A stretch of DNA of 64,000 bases from Octopus vulgaris. Its lineage: Eukaryota. This document shows, one piece after another, positions 13,825 through 27,465 of the stretch. The notes under the pieces were generated by a model, which worked only from the letters and a program-made list of their open reading frames with translations, did no database searches and was not told where the DNA came from. The DNA is taken from contig OX597815.1 of NCBI GenBank assembly GCA_951406725.2, positions 184,326,001-184,390,000 on the forward strand. The letters are read 5' to 3'. The translations under genes and the position numbers were made by a program. The stretch's first letter is position 1. The number at the start of each line of letters is the position of its first letter.

Positions 13825-14425
13825 TGTAGACACAAGGCCTGAAATTTTGGGGGAGGGTGTAATTCGATCCCATCAAACCCACTACGCAACTGGTACTTAG
13901 TTTATCGACCCCCAAAAGGCAAAGTCCACCTCGGCGGAATTTGAACTCAGAAAGTAGCTGCAGACAAAATACCTATTTCTTTACTACCAACAATGGGCTA
14001 AATACAGAGGGGACAAACAAGGACAGTCAAACGGATTAAGTCGATTACATCGACCCCAGTGCGTAAATGGTACTTAATTTATCGACCCCGAAAGGATGAA
14101 AGGCAAAGTCGACCTCGGCGGAATTTGAACTCAGAACGTAACGATAGACGAAATACGGCTACGCATTCCGCCCGGCGTGCTAACGTTTGTGCCAGCTAGC
14201 CGCCTTAAAGATACCATTAATAATTATTTGTACTCTAGGCACAAGGCCTTGAACATTTTTGGGGGGAATGGGGCTAGTCGATTATATCGACCCCAGTGTG
14301 TAATCGGCTCCGAAAGGATGAAATGGAAAGTCGACCTCGGCGAAATTGGAACTCAGTACGTAGCACGGGTGAAATACCGCTAAGCATTTCGTCCACCATC
14401 CTAACGATTCTACCAGCTCGCCCCA
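13825..14425 (-). mobile_element. SINE family A tandem cluster (about 3 core copies)
   Basis: gacctcggcggaatttgaactcag-like cores at about 13925, 14110 and 14332. Confidence 0.88.
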
Positions 14426-14740
14426 TTACAGTTACTATTTATACAGATATTCAATAAGTATTTCTTGTATCAATATTTTAATATTACAAGACTTCATATA
14501 TGCCTCAGGTTTTGTTACAATTCTTTGATCAGTTCTTGAAATCACATTCATTTTTAAAACGTTTCATTTGTAGTTGTATCGTAATACTGATATTATATTT
14601 AACGCTTTAATTTGCTGTTTCATGACTGATGCATGAACGAAAGCTTCTACGTAACATAGTACTCTACGTAACATAGTACAAATGATAACTTAACTGCTAA
14701 GTGATGCGTTTTAAAAGAAAGTTACGAAGTGGACTGATTC

Positions 14741-14785
<45 letters not shown>

Positions 14786-15334
14786 CTGGCTGACATATAG
14801 GTGTGTAAGATAGCTAGATAGGCAGATATATGTGTTTATGTATATAAACTCACAAAAGCATGTGTATGTTGCCGTAAAGATTTACTGTGGAAGCAGAGAA
14901 AGAAACAGAAAATTAATACTCACGAAGACAAATATTTGGATTCTGACATGACTTTCTTCAGTATTTCTTCCTTCTAATTGAATGATTTATGAGATGTTTG
15001 ACTAATCTCCGTGATTTTAACATCTACAGAAAGTGTGATTTATAGGTTAAAAGAAACTTACTAAAACTTCTCATTAGGTTAAATTAAATGGAACGTTGAT
15101 TGAAAATAGATTCCACCTATTAATCAAATATATATTTTTCTCATTTAAATCCTAGTTCAGCAATTTATCTCAGATATATTGGCTGATTTTGGAAAACTTT
15201 GAAGGAGACACAGCCACGATTTATGCTGTATGGAAAAAAATTCATATTATTCCCGAGATGTTGAAATATTAATCAACGATATAATAATTTATTAATTTAT
15301 GTCTCCTTATAGAATATTCATAGACTAATTGTGC

Positions 15335-15480
15335 GTGGGTGTGTGGTAAGTGGCTTGCTTACCATCCACATGGTTCCGGGTTCATTCCCACTTCGTTGCA
15401 CCTTGGGCAAATGTCTTCTACTACAGCCTCGGGCCGACCAAAGTCTTGTAAGCGGATTTGGTAGACGGAAAATGAAAAGA
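15335..15480 (+). mobile_element. SINE family B 5' half
   Basis: gtgtggtaag..catggttccgggttca..caccttgggcaa..gatttggtagacggaaa. Confidence 0.85.
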
Positions 15481-15486
15481 AAGTAT

Positions 15487-15517
<31 letters not shown>

Positions 15518-15583
15518 TAACATTGAACATTGAATAAGGAGACAAACTGACGGGATGTTGTTAAACCATTTATATCTTGAATT

Positions 15584-15667
15584 CTTCTACACATGTTTCG
15601 ACGGATGTACTCCAAAATGTCCGACAAGATAAATTAAGGTCAGCACTGCATCAGTCTCATCGGGAAG
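15584..15667 (-). ncRNA. Minimal hammerhead ribozyme, mutated copy (CCGAUGA)
   Basis: Reverse complement: cttc-CCGATGA-gactgatgca..tacatccgtc-GAAA-catgtg-TA-gaag; U4 replaced by C. Confidence 0.65.
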
Positions 15668-15831
15668 GTTATAAATAACAAACCCTTCAGACATGTTGAC
15701 GGAAATAGAAAATGCAATCAAATTAAATTTATTTATATTCATATGCACACTCAAATATGTGAGGTGTAAATATAAACATTTACCTACAAAACAACACACA
15801 CCTTTACACTTAAATATATGCATATATACAA

Positions 15832-15862
<31 letters not shown>

Positions 15863-15922
15863 CATATATATATATGCATATATATATATATATATATATA
15901 AATAAACATATATATATATGCA

Positions 15923-15953
<31 letters not shown>

Positions 15954-15965
15954 CATATATATATA

Positions 15966-16003
<38 letters not shown>

Positions 16004-16058
16004 CATATATATATATGCATATATATATATATATATAAATAAACATATATATATATGC

Positions 16059-16089
<31 letters not shown>

Positions 16090-16129
16090 CATATATATAT
16101 ATGCATATATATATATATATATATAAATA

Positions 16130-16173
<44 letters not shown>

Positions 16174-16808
16174 CATATATATATATGCATATATATATAT
16201 AAATAAACATATATATATATGCATATATACAAATATATATATATATATTTCTCTATAAATAAACATATATATATGCATATATACAAATATATATATATAT
16301 ATTTCTCTATAAATAAACATATATATATGCATATATACAAATATATATATATATATTTCTCTATAAATAAACATATATATATATGCACAAACACGCGTAT
16401 ATATATATATATATATATATGTTCAAATACATACACACATAGGCAGAAATATACTCAGACATATGCATGTATATTTATACATATACTCGTACATATTCTC
16501 CCGCCAACAACATAGAAACATACCTATGCTAAAGTATACGTTTCCGATCACACATACACATAAAGAAACAATCATATACAAGAGCATACACATCCTGAAT
16601 CATCAATAGACCCAAATACATAATTGCATACGCGCACATACACTTACATACGTTTGTGCAGTTTTGTAGGCATATAATGTTTATATTTACACGTCACATA
16701 TTTGAGTGTGTGTACGCGTGTGTGCATATGAATGTTAAAAAACGTTATATTTCATTGGACTTTCTATTTCCGTTAAAATGTCTGTTTGATGTGTTTGTTG
16801 TTTATATC

Positions 16809-16892
16809 CTTCCTGATGAGATTGATGCATTGCTGACTTTAATTTGTCTTGTCGAACATTTTGGAGTGCATCCGTCGAAACATATGTAGAAG
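16809..16892 (+). ncRNA. Minimal type I hammerhead ribozyme, intact core
   Basis: Stem I cttc/gaag; CTGATGA 16813-16819; stem II gat-t-gatgca/tgcatc-c-gtc; GAAA 16877-16880; palindromic stem III ACAUAUGU; predicted GUA cut after 16888. Confidence 0.85.
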
Positions 16893-16971
16893 AATTCAAG
16901 ATATAAATGGTTTAACATCCCGAGAGATCGTCTCCTTGTTCCATATTCATATTTCTACTAATTATGTATTG

Positions 16972-17310
16972 TGAAGGCGCATGGCTCAGTGGTTAGAGCG
17001 TCGAGCTTACGATTGTGAGGTTGTGAGCTGGAATCCCGGACCGAGCTGCGTGTTCTGTTCTTGAGCAAGACACTTTATTTCACGTTGCTCCAGTTCACTC
17101 AGCTGTAGAAATGAGTTGCGACGTCACTGATGCCAAGCCGTATCGGCCCCTTTGCCTTTCCCTTGGATAAAACTGGTGGCGTGGAGAAGGGAGTCCAGTA
17201 TGCATGGGCGACTGTTGGTCTTCCATAAACAACATTGCCCGGACTTGTACCTGGGAAGGTAACTTTCTAGGTGCGATCCCATGGTCTCTGTCGTGACCGA
17301 AGGGGGTCTC
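16972..17310 (+). mobile_element. SINE family C (tRNA head plus CORE-like domain), full length
   Basis: A box tggctcagtgg; cttgagcaagacacttt core; TSD atgtattgtg at 16964-16973 and 17314-17323. Confidence 0.9.
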
Positions 17311-17339
17311 AAAATGTATTGTGTTGTATCATTGTTTAC

Positions 17340-18185
17340 TAATTATGAAAATGAAATTCATTTCCCCTATAAATCCATAATTAAAAAGTTATTAGCCTTT
17401 AAAATTTGCAAAATATGGATATTTTAGCCAATCAGAAGCGAGTATTTTAGACATCACCGTAGCGAAGAAAATCTGTATTCCATAGTAACCAAGGCAAAGA
17501 AGCACCACGTGTTTCGAAGCTGATTGCGAAGAACTCTGTTTCCATAGTAGCCAAAGATGCTGCGCATGCGCACAAAGCGTGTAACCACCGCTTGTTCTAT
17601 ATTTGTTTGTTTACATAACAGATGGGGCTAGCACTTAACTAATTGAAAGTACCTGGACGTGGTTGACTCCTACATTTGTGAATTTATGTGGAGAACGAGA
17701 TTCGATAAAGATAATTTATTTTAGAAAATCCTAGAGTGTATTGCAAACTTTCGTTCTTGAATCTTTTAAGTAATAAATGTCTGTTCTAAAAAATGTTTTG
17801 ACTGTTATGTCTAGCAACTCCTGTTGTCTTGTTCTTAGCTTTTAGATATTTAATTTGCTCGCAAATGTTTTAATATTAACTTTACTCGTGTATATTTTGA
17901 TGTTTTGATTGTTATTTATAGCAACTCCTGTTGGTTTGTTTGTTCGTAGCGTTTAAATATTTAATTTGCTTACGTAGTTTAATGTTTTGTCATGCCGATA
18001 CCTACTCCCTAATGATGGAAGAGGTAGTGAACTCGCTGTTTTCTGATTGGCTAAAAATTCTGAAAATTATCAAACTTTGAATACCTGTAACATCTTTTCA
18101 AAAATTTTCTAGAATAAATGAATGACAAATTTAGATTCAGCATCAGAAATTACATCTATATGATATATTAAAAAAATTTTTTAAA
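17340..18185. mobile_element. MITE-like DNA element with subterminal inverted repeats and an internal ~110-bp duplication
   Basis: ttttagccaatcagaa (17422-17437) vs ttctgattggctaaaa (18041-18056); tandem tagcaactcctgttg units near 17812 and 17919; outer ends uncertain. Confidence 0.5.
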
Positions 18186-18404
18186 GGTAATTGTAAACAG
18201 TAACAAAAACCACAAAGATCCAAATAGAATATTTTGTCGGAATGGTGTGGCAGATAGCTTCCTTAATTTGTTTGTCAAATAATTCTTCTGTTACCCTTAG
18301 TGTTCTACAAAATACCTCGGCTTCGTTCTGTATTCCATTTATTGAAGAATTTTGTAGTGTTAATAAAGCGATCCTTCGCCCTATCACAGTTCATTATTTA
18401 AGCA

Positions 18405-18575
18405 TACATCGATTCCTCCGTGGTGTTTTGCATTTATAATAAAATGAACATACGCAAATTATAAAATCAAAAACTAATAATATACAATACAGTACTGTTT
18501 CTACTTCCCGGATTTTCACCTATTGCGGGTGGTTTTGGAACGAAACAACCGCGATAGTCGAGGAATTAGTCTATA
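18405..18575. mobile_element. Tigger/pogo-type MITE, right part
   Basis: acagtactgtttctacttc..ggattttc..gcgatagtcgagg is shared with 22320-22475, 30113-30200 and 42190-42358. Confidence 0.7.
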
Positions 18576-18889
18576 ATTGTTGGTCCTTTCGGGAAAATGT
18601 TAATTTGCTGGATTGATAGGATTTTGTGTGAGAGATTATAACCTTCAGAAACTTATATTTGGTTCATGCTATTAAGTGTCTTAGTTTTCGTCCACTATGT
18701 CTAAATGTAGTTCCTCAGTTTGTTTGTTTTTAATTCACCGAATTAGATATCTTGATGACTTCTGTACTACCGTGATCTATTGTAGGTTCTTGGGTGTGGC
18801 CAGCTCGGTCAATGTTTGCCATGATGGTTATAAGTTTTAGAATTTTTAGTCTGGAATATCAATTGCACTTGATTTAGAGAGACGGAATT

Positions 18890-19090
18890 ACGATACACGG
18901 GCAACAGATTCGAGACCCCACAAGTGGGGAAAATTCCCGTAAGACACCTAGATCAGTGCCCTGCGAAAAATATCCAAAATATGTTACTCCTCTCTAACAA
19001 TGCACCAGAAACACTTCGGCAAAGTTCTGATCGAATAAGTAGAATCTATGTTTACTAGGAAAATATAAACCACGATAAATGCCCTTAACA
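18890..19090 (+). mobile_element. PLE GIY-YIG endonuclease C-terminal relic
   Basis: Across frameshifts reads IHGQQIRDPTS..HLDQC..ESMFTRKYKP, resembling the HRQQIRDP..HxxxC..ExxFIxxxxPxLN pattern; 19090-19900 may be its 3' UTR. Confidence 0.55.
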
Positions 19091-20140
19091 ACACACCAGA
19101 ATATGAGAAATCAATTTATTCACGAAAAACTAGAAGTTACAGATATAAATCAAAAGTTTAAGTAACGGAATTCGAAACCTTGACATCAAACGACTGTACT
19201 ATAACATCTTACACCCTCTTAGGCACTGGTTGATGACGTCACCAATGGCTTAACAAATAAAGTTTTTCCAGGTCTATACCGCTTCCTCTGCAAAAATAAA
19301 AACATTGAGCTGACCGACGGTAGTGTGTTCTTAAAGAAATCAATGAACCGGAACGCTGGATGACGGGCAGGTAAAAACAAGCTAAGACCTTTCATAAAAA
19401 CAAAAAAAAAACAAATGACGTAAGCAGAAAGCCAACCATCCAGAGCATTGGGTGTCAGCTGGTCAAAACAAAACAGACGACAAGTGCCACCAATAAACAA
19501 GAGCGCTGGGCTTCTGCCAAACCAAAATATTTGACCTCATCATCCTTATAACTAGTAACATTCAGGCAGTCAGCCAGTAAAAACACTAGACCATAAGCAG
19601 AAAAACTACTAATGATGTCATTAAATTTACAATCAATCAGAGCTCGAACCTTTGCCGTAAAAGTCTATATATACAAAACAATTCGAATTTAGAATAATTC
19701 CCCAGCAAAACCAGCAACAAAGAATCCACCTTCGTTCACTACGACGGAAATTGTAAAATAACCATTTTTCTCTTTTTTCTTTCTCTTTCAAAAATTTCAT
19801 CTTATCTGATTGTTAATATAATTTATTGTTATTGAATTTTCAGTCATGACTGTTATGGAATTTATCGAGCATTTCAACTTGTATTACTGTTTATCTTTGT
19901 GAAACTTGAATATTGAAATTTGTATGAAGATTTCATCTTTTTAAACATTCTTTTTTTTTTTTTTTTTTTTGCCGAATTTTCCTTTGTACCTTCATTTCTC
20001 CTAAACTTTAACTACTTTTATTAACTATTGAAAAACAAAACAAAAAGTAAGATTCAAAATTTGTTACAAATTTATTTTAATGTGTCTGTAATAAAAAAAG
20101 AAAAAGAAAAATGACTACACGTTTCAACACCCAAAACCAA

Positions 20141-20164
<24 letters not shown>

Positions 20165-20178
<14 letters not shown>

Positions 20179-20297
20179 ATGTAAGCGGACGCGTGACAGT
20201 TTCTACCAGTGTCTTTTAGTTTATTCTCAGGCCGACCAAAGCTTCGTGAGTAGATTTGGTAGAGAGGAACGGCAATAATCCCGTGATATGTATGGGA

Positions 20298-20346
<49 letters not shown>

Positions 20347-20610
20347 AACACACACATATATATATATATGTCTGTCTTTGTGCGTGTGTCTTCGAGCGTT
20401 TGTGTCAAGTGTTTGTCCCCATGACGCTAGCAACCGGTGTTTGGGTGTTTATGTTCCCGTTACTTAGAGGTTTCGCAAAATAGACCGATAGAATAAGTAG
20501 CATGCTTACGAAAGTAATAAGTACTGGTATCGATTCTTCTGACTAGAATTCACCGAGGCGGTGCCCCAGCTTGGCCACAGTCACAGTGACTGAAACAAGT
20601 ACAAAATAAA
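20165..20610 (+). mobile_element. SINE family B, degenerate
   Basis: ggccgaccaaagc..gatttggtaga, internal (TA)n, tail agaccgatagaataagt..tgactgaaacaagt. Confidence 0.8.
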
Positions 20611-21628
20611 CGAATCACATACACACAAACATGTATACATTTTTCATAAAAATTTTCGTTTCTTTCCAAGTGTGTGTTTTCAGTTTTCAATCGTGCCACA
20701 TTCTCACCAATTTAACATCAAGGCTGAGTACACGTCCCGCGGCAGACTCAGCGTAGTACAACATAATAATCCGGGTCTCTTGAATTACATGTGCAGTATA
20801 TCTTGTAGGCTTGTCAATAGCCATCGTCTCCACAACTTCAAAAACATCTTGTTGTTCGACTCGCGGCTCTGCTAACGACTATAGGCAATTGAATTCGAGC
20901 ACGCGAAGTTGTCATGCAAAGCGCACGTTTTAGCCATTGGGAAGGCCAGAGACTGGAGGAAGTTCGTTTGTGAAAGAAATTATTTCCTGTAAAATAAAAG
21001 AAACTAAATATTGGATCGTGGAGCTCAGAACTAATACAATTCATGAATAGCATAATGCACAAACATCGGATATCCAGATAAGCAGAATTTCGGTTAAAAT
21101 TCAGCGAAAATTAATTTGTATTACAAAACAAAAAAAAAACGAAAAAAAAATGGTGAAGCAAAAAAGTTAACGATAAAGAACATATAATCAAATTTTTAAA
21201 TTTAGGTCTTTCAAATATCTAAAAGAATATTCATATTTTTATAACTGTAGGATAGTAACAAAAAAAAAAAAAAAAAAAAAAATTCTTTACATCATTCAGC
21301 GACATCCGTTTTTCTATGAATAATTTCAATATCAGCGATTTAATTCCTACCGGAGATGGAAGGAAATTAGTCAATAAAAACGTTTATGTATCAAGGTCAA
21401 CAGCTGTACTTTTAATGTAGAGTCTATTATTAAAAACACTTTTAGTTATAGAATCTGTTATTCAAGTAAATTAGGAAAAATATGCAATTAGCCCAGTTGA
21501 TACGCAGCAAGAATATTGTGCGGAGTTTTGTTAACAGCAAATTTCCATTTCGTTTGATTCAATCTATGCTCTCATCTTGATAAATATTTGATAGGTGATG
21601 CATCAGCAAATATAGATTCATCATCATT

Positions 21629-21672
<44 letters not shown>

Positions 21673-21762
21673 CATATATGTATGCATCAGTGTATACCTG
21701 TGTATATATATATATACACACACAAACACACATGTATGTAAACGTGTATACCCGTGTGTATG

Positions 21763-21812
<50 letters not shown>

Positions 21813-22825
21813 TAAACATATGTATGCATACGTGTATACCTGTATGTGTGTGTATATATACATGGATTCATACGATTGTGTATGTAAGTATCTGTGTGTG
21901 TGTGTTTGTCTAATCTTTCCTTCTTTAACTCAACATTTATTTAACACTTGACTATTGAAACTGGCCATATCGGGTACACATATTTTGATTATTTTGTATT
22001 GAACTGGACAGATCCAGGCTCTCACATCTACCCAAAACCGTCATTCTAAATATAAACAACCACGTTATCGAAATTTCAGAGTTAGGAATTAATGCTCGAT
22101 TAATTCAAAGCAATGTGAGTGAATAAATGAGGATTACATTTCACAGACTAATCTAAATAATAAAGGATTAAACTAACACAAATAAATGTGGTGAATATCG
22201 TAGAGTAAATTAAATTTTTCCAGGAACCAAAATAATACCATTTCATACCACATACAATAAGACATATAGTGTTGGCTGAAAGGAATTCAATAATCTCTCG
22301 TCATATCACGTACTTAGTACGTCGTGGATTTTTCTGGCTAATATATGTAAATTTATATCGTCGACTCCAGGTTTCTGCGGCCGATAGGTATTTATATATT
22401 TTTCTAGATTTTAATTATTTCTGTGGAAGGTTTTGGAACGTAACACCTGCGATAGTCGACGGATGATTGCACTGCTATTATTACAAGAAAATGCTACATT
22501 GTTGCTCCATACAAAGTGAAGGGCTATAAAACAAGAACAACTGAAAATGACAGCTTGTAACAATGGTGGTTGTGTTCATTATAGCAGTCCTTAATTATTA
22601 CAATTTGCTGATCATGATGAAGTACAAGAAATTAGAATTTAGAATAAAAATGTCCTTAGAAGAAGTACTCAATCTGAACAGTGAGTTTATAAAATGACTT
22701 CTATTTAGGGAGCTGCAAAATATTGAACGGATAAGATATTATTTTAGAAAAAAGCTCTCGAAGTGTTGTACAATATGTTGGCTTTTTCTTCCTTCGATAT
22801 GTGTGTGTATGTATGCGCGTGTATG

Positions 22826-22980
22826 TGTGTGGCTGTGTAGGAAGAAGCGTTTTAACGATATGGGTGTTCGGATTCAGTTCCACTGGGTGGCATATTGGGC
22901 AACTTTGTCTTCTACGATGGCCAAAGTTCGGCCAAATTCTTGTGAAAGGATTTGGTAGACGGAAAGTGAAAGAATCCCAT
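22826..22980 (+). mobile_element. SINE family B 5' half
   Basis: gtggctgtgt..ttcagttccactg..ttgggcaa..gatttggtagacggaaa. Confidence 0.75.
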
Positions 22981-23670
22981 CTTATATAATCACTGCGCAA
23001 TGACCAAAGGAATAATGGAGCATATTTACGAATAAACGAACATTAGATCAGTTAAAATATGTCTGTGACATATTTTAACTTCTAAAGACAAATTCACTGC
23101 AGTTAACCTGAAGAAACAATCCCCCTCATGGTAAAACGTGTAAAAACAGCAACGCCTTATCTGAAGAGTGCTCCCCTTAAGTCAACGATTTAAGGACTGC
23201 GTGGAGTTCTCACTGAAGTGATGTGAAATATAGAACTTCATTCGGAAAACAAGGGTTGTCGTAGCCACGAATGGAGGAAATCAATAACAGAGGGATGTTT
23301 TTTTGGGGAAAATGTATTTTCATATAGAATTTAAGCGAGCTGTTCGAAAACTAAACTCCAGTGTCGTGAATAGGATAAGCTTGTTCTGCAATACTTGAGG
23401 ACCTGTGTCTGTACCAAGAGCCGGGCTCATTATTCACGAAGGCAGATACATGTTTAGAGTATATGTTCATCTGAGTGCACTACGTTCTACAAAATGTTCT
23501 TACGACCACTTAACACATGGAAGAATTGATCCAACAGAAGACACGTTTTTTACCAACTGTGTGTGTGAGTTAACAAGGAATGATGGTATGCGTCACGCCA
23601 TCTTTAAGAGAAATAGTAGCCAAGTCACAATTAAAACATACTCTACCACCCTATAAATATAAGTCGATAT

Positions 23671-23723
<53 letters not shown>

Positions 23724-23727
23724 TATA

Positions 23728-23910
23728 TGAACAGGTGGCGGTCTTAAAGCGACGAAAATATTTTGACAAATTAAACTTAAATGTTGAAGTGAATCGAACG
23801 GCTTTTGTGTGTTTCCTAAATGGCTTACAAACACCTTCCACGCTGCAATTGTTTTCGTTTCAGCACACGATCTCAGATCAAATTACTTGCTATGCAAGTA
23901 CATCTCCGTA
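23728..23910 (+). mobile_element. Repeat family F (pLTR-like, variant hammerhead), 5'-truncated at (TA)n
   Basis: Homologous to 47242-47443; retains TGAACAG, stem II and GAAA-atattt-tgaca. Confidence 0.7.
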
Positions 23911-24105
23911 AGTTTATGTTCAATATTTCATCTATTCAACAAGACAATCAATACTTCATTTCATTATACTATATATATATTATTTATACTATATATTCTA
24001 TATTCTACATTAATATTATAAAGAATATAAATAAAACATTAAAAAAACAGACAGTTGGAAATTCTTTGAATAATATATATCCCTCTATACACAATGATAC
24101 AAACA

Positions 24106-24161
<56 letters not shown>

Positions 24162-24162
<1 letters not shown>

Positions 24163-24460
24163 GAGGCGCAATGGCCCAGTGGTTAGGGCAGCGGACTCGC
24201 GGTCGTAGGATCGCGGCTTCGATTCCCAGACCGGGCGTTGTGTGTTTATTGAGCGAAAACACCTAAATCTCCACGAGGCTCCGGCAGGGGGGGGGAGGGC
24301 GATCCCTGCTGTACTCTTTCGCCACAACTTTCTCTCACTCTTTCTGCTGTTGGCCTGCTCGCTTAACCAGCGGGATGGTGTCATTTGAAGGCTATAACAA
24401 TGCGAAGCGCATTGTGACCAGCGATGTGTAGCAACATCTGATAGCGTGGTCGGTCACATG
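24162..24460 (+). mobile_element. SINE family D, full length
   Basis: ggaggcgcaatggcccagtggttagggcagcggactcgc..ttcgattcccagaccggg; same tail as 7992 and 60388. Confidence 0.9.
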
Positions 24461-25006
24461 TTGATGATATATATAGGAGAGAGAGGGGGTGCGAAAAGTT
24501 CCCGGCTTTGGCTAAAAGAAAATAAGTTGAGAAAATACAGACTGAGAAATTCCTGGCTTTGGGAAAAAAGAAAATAAATACAGGAGGATCAGTTATGATT
24601 TCATGATGTGGCTCGTATTCCCTCATAAATGATATAGTACGCCATGTTTAGGTCATACCAATCGTGTTAGAATAGTTTGTAATGATGATAGTTTCATTTT
24701 CAGAAAACTATTAACAACCTCTTATTTGCTCCTTCAGTTTGAAAGGCTTCAGTTTTGTTGTTATTGTTATGATTTCATCAAATCTAAAAGGAAATCATTC
24801 AACGTTTTTCAATGCACCTGATATCCTTCTACAGGGCCAACTTTACGTTGGTAATTCAAGTGTTGGAAACTTTAATGCTCTCTCTCCCTCATAACAATAC
24901 GTAAGAGAAACCAACAGCGTTATCTATTTACATGGTTTATGATGAACAAATGTAGAATTGTCCTATGAATTTTTTTTTTTAGTGAGAAGAAACAAAACTG
25001 CTAATT

Positions 25007-25169
25007 ATTTACATTTGACGGATATTTGTTTTCATATTGTTTGTTGTTAACACAACGTTTCGGCTGATATACCCTCCAGCCTTCATCAGGTGTATTGGGG
25101 GAAATTTCGAACCTGGGTTCTCATTCCCAAGATATTTTTTGATGATATTATTATTATTATTATTATTAC

Positions 25170-25209
<40 letters not shown>

Positions 25210-25282
25210 ATCCGTGCCTGGAATAGAACTCGGAATCATGGTTATTAGCCCGCGCTCTTTACAACGCCATATGCCCGTGGGC
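25007..25282 (-). mobile_element. Family E: tRNA-like head + (AAT)n + hammerhead segment
   Basis: Homologous to 35020-35254 and 35256-35520. Confidence 0.85.
25050..25093 (-). ncRNA. Minimal type I hammerhead ribozyme, intact core
   Basis: Reverse complement: acac-CTGATGA-a-ggctg-gagggtatat-cagcc-GAAA-c-GTT-gtgt; stem III is the loopless palindrome ACGU (dimer type). Confidence 0.8.
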
Positions 25283-26115
25283 AATTATGGAGTGAATTTT
25301 AGGGCTAATAAATCTAATATTTTCCTACCCTTCCTAAATACTGGTTCCCATATGCTATTCATATCTGCACTGTGCTGCTTCTTTTAGTTTTCGTATTTTC
25401 CAGTGGTCTTCTCCTGTCTATTATTTTGTAAAACTGCTAATGTATTAGCTTCTTGGTTTATTCTGGTTACAATACCCAAGCATTCCTGAATACATCTGCA
25501 AGATCCATCATTCGTAAACGTTAGAAAATGGTGAATTACAGAGAGGTCTTGTAATACATGGTTATAATCATTTGTTAATAATAACACGGCTAAAGAGAAA
25601 GTTTTAAACTATATGAATATTAATCCATGGGATTATTTCTCAGAATAATTTATATACAGTGTATGTAAATTTATCTTTTAGCGATCAGCAATCAAATATA
25701 ATTTATTCGATTCAATTCGATGTAGTGTCTTCAGAGATAAAAACTATCTACAAACACTGCATATATAATCTAGAAATAACAGATTCGATTCAAATTAAAT
25801 TATATCTAATATAAGACTAATACATATTGTTACTATTCGAATATTTAAATTCGCTATTTTTCTAAGATTTTCCGATATATTTTATGCAAAATTGATTAAA
25901 ATACTTGAATATATAATAAGATGAACACATGCGTTCTTTTTGCAACTACACAAAGCACACATATTGATATCGACTTCATACAGACTTACACCCGTGCATA
26001 TCTTAGTATGTGTATAAACAGAATCACTCCAAGTTTACGTACGCGCACGTCTATGTCTACGCGTACGCACGCATTGAGCTATGCGTATCTAGACAAATCC
26101 GTACATATTTAGTTA

Positions 26116-26510
26116 CTAGCAGTATCGCCCGGCGTTGCTCGGGTTAGTTTCGACCCTTTAGAATTGCAATTTTTGAAAAAGAAAAATGTTGCATTATGTA
26201 GCTTGTTATTCTTTTTAAGTGAACATTTCTCTAGTTGAAATACACCGAAAAATGGCGACACAGCGGTCACAAAAATCATTAAAAAATGGGGTTTTTCATA
26301 GAAAAAATGCACCTTTTTAATGTAAATAATTTTCGGTGTTAACATGGTCCAATTTGAATTTTTTCTTCTACACTAAGGAAGAGCAAGCCTTCTTCTATCG
26401 TACTCTCAATTTTGGTCAACTTACACCGCAGGGTCTCGGAGGAGATAGTGTTAGTTGAAGGCTACCAAACCTGCCATACACAGACAACTTCAGCTTTATA
26501 TATAGAGAGA
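26116..26510 (-). mobile_element. Non-autonomous Helitron
   Basis: TC start and CTAG end on minus strand, A|T insertion site, hairpin cccggcgttgctcggg near the 3' end. Confidence 0.9.
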
Positions 26511-27120
26511 TTTAGCTTCACGATCACAGTTTGAATGGAGCTGGGAACAGTTAAATGTAACACGATGATAACAATATAGATGTACACCATGCAGAAAAGT
26601 CAACACACGGAAATGTTACATAGAACCAAGAAGGATACAAATGTATGTCATCTCAGACCTTCCCAAGTGATATGCAGATTGCAATGTAAAATGGATGTGT
26701 ATAGAACTGTCGCAATTAATTGATCCACTTAACTGAAAACATATCTTTTACAATGAAGTATAAGTTCATTACTATAGCCTTGAGGTGCAGAAGATGAAGA
26801 AATTCTCTTAATCAGAACGACAGACCTCTATGAAAAAATCAAGAGGCAATTTGTACCCCTTGTAGCTATAACTACGAATGCAAGTCGATAATTGATCGAA
26901 TTCTTGTTTCGGTAATTTATTAAAACAAAAGCAGGGGTGAAACGATTACATAGTCTTCTTGCTTTTCGACGCACTTCTTCCAGCGGGGCACAAGCTTATT
27001 TATTCCATTGAAGAAGAATTTCGGTCGGTCGCTTAGCAATTTGTGCGCTGCTCTTTGCACTTTTTCGTCCGTAGCAAATCGACAACCTCGTAAAGGAAGT
27101 TTGCGCGGCCCAAAGTTGTA

Positions 27121-27465
27121 ATGGTTCCGGGTTCAGTCCCACTGCGTGGCACCTTGGGCAATTGTGTTTTACTATAGCCTCGGACCGACCAAAGCCTTGT
27201 GAGTGGATTTAGTAGACGGAAACTAAAAGAAGCCAGTCGTATATATGTATATATATATATATGTTTGTGTTTGTCCCACCCCCCCAACATCACTTGACAA
27301 CCAATGGTGGTGTGTTTACCTCCCCCGTAACTTAGCGGTTCGGCAATAGAGACTGATAGAATAAGTACTAGGTTTACAAAGAATAAGTCCTGAGGTCCAT
27401 TTGCTCGAATAAAGACGGTGCTCCAGCATGGCCACAATGAAATCACTGAAACAAGTAAAAGAGTG
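27121..27465 (+). mobile_element. SINE family B, slightly 5'-truncated
   Basis: Matches 29601-30055; short internal microsatellite. Confidence 0.9.

Larger units (their letters stand above)
15523..16950. repeat. Inverted repeat pair (arms about 15523-15800 and 16652-16950) of an HHR-bearing pLTR-like family around a TA-rich minisatellite
   Basis: Arms are diverged reverse complements (e.g. aaaccatttatatcttgaattcttctac vs gtagaagaattcaagatataaatggttt); the spacer holds the aaataaacat(at)n gcat(at)n array at about 15830-16420. Confidence 0.9.

Noticed and set aside
14646-14679. 17-bp tandem duplication (tctacgtaacatagtac x2)
   Set aside because: Ordinary slippage duplication with no further structure.
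15830-16420. CRISPR-like repeat/spacer periodicity
   Set aside because: Spacers are only variable (TA)n; eukaryotic context; no cas genes.
15587-16436. Long I/Y/C/V/H/T- and L/S-rich ORFs here and at 5345-6118, 7166-7651, 27954-29103, 30621-31210 and 53347-54063
   Set aside because: Stop-free translations of microsatellites, open in several frames and on both strands.
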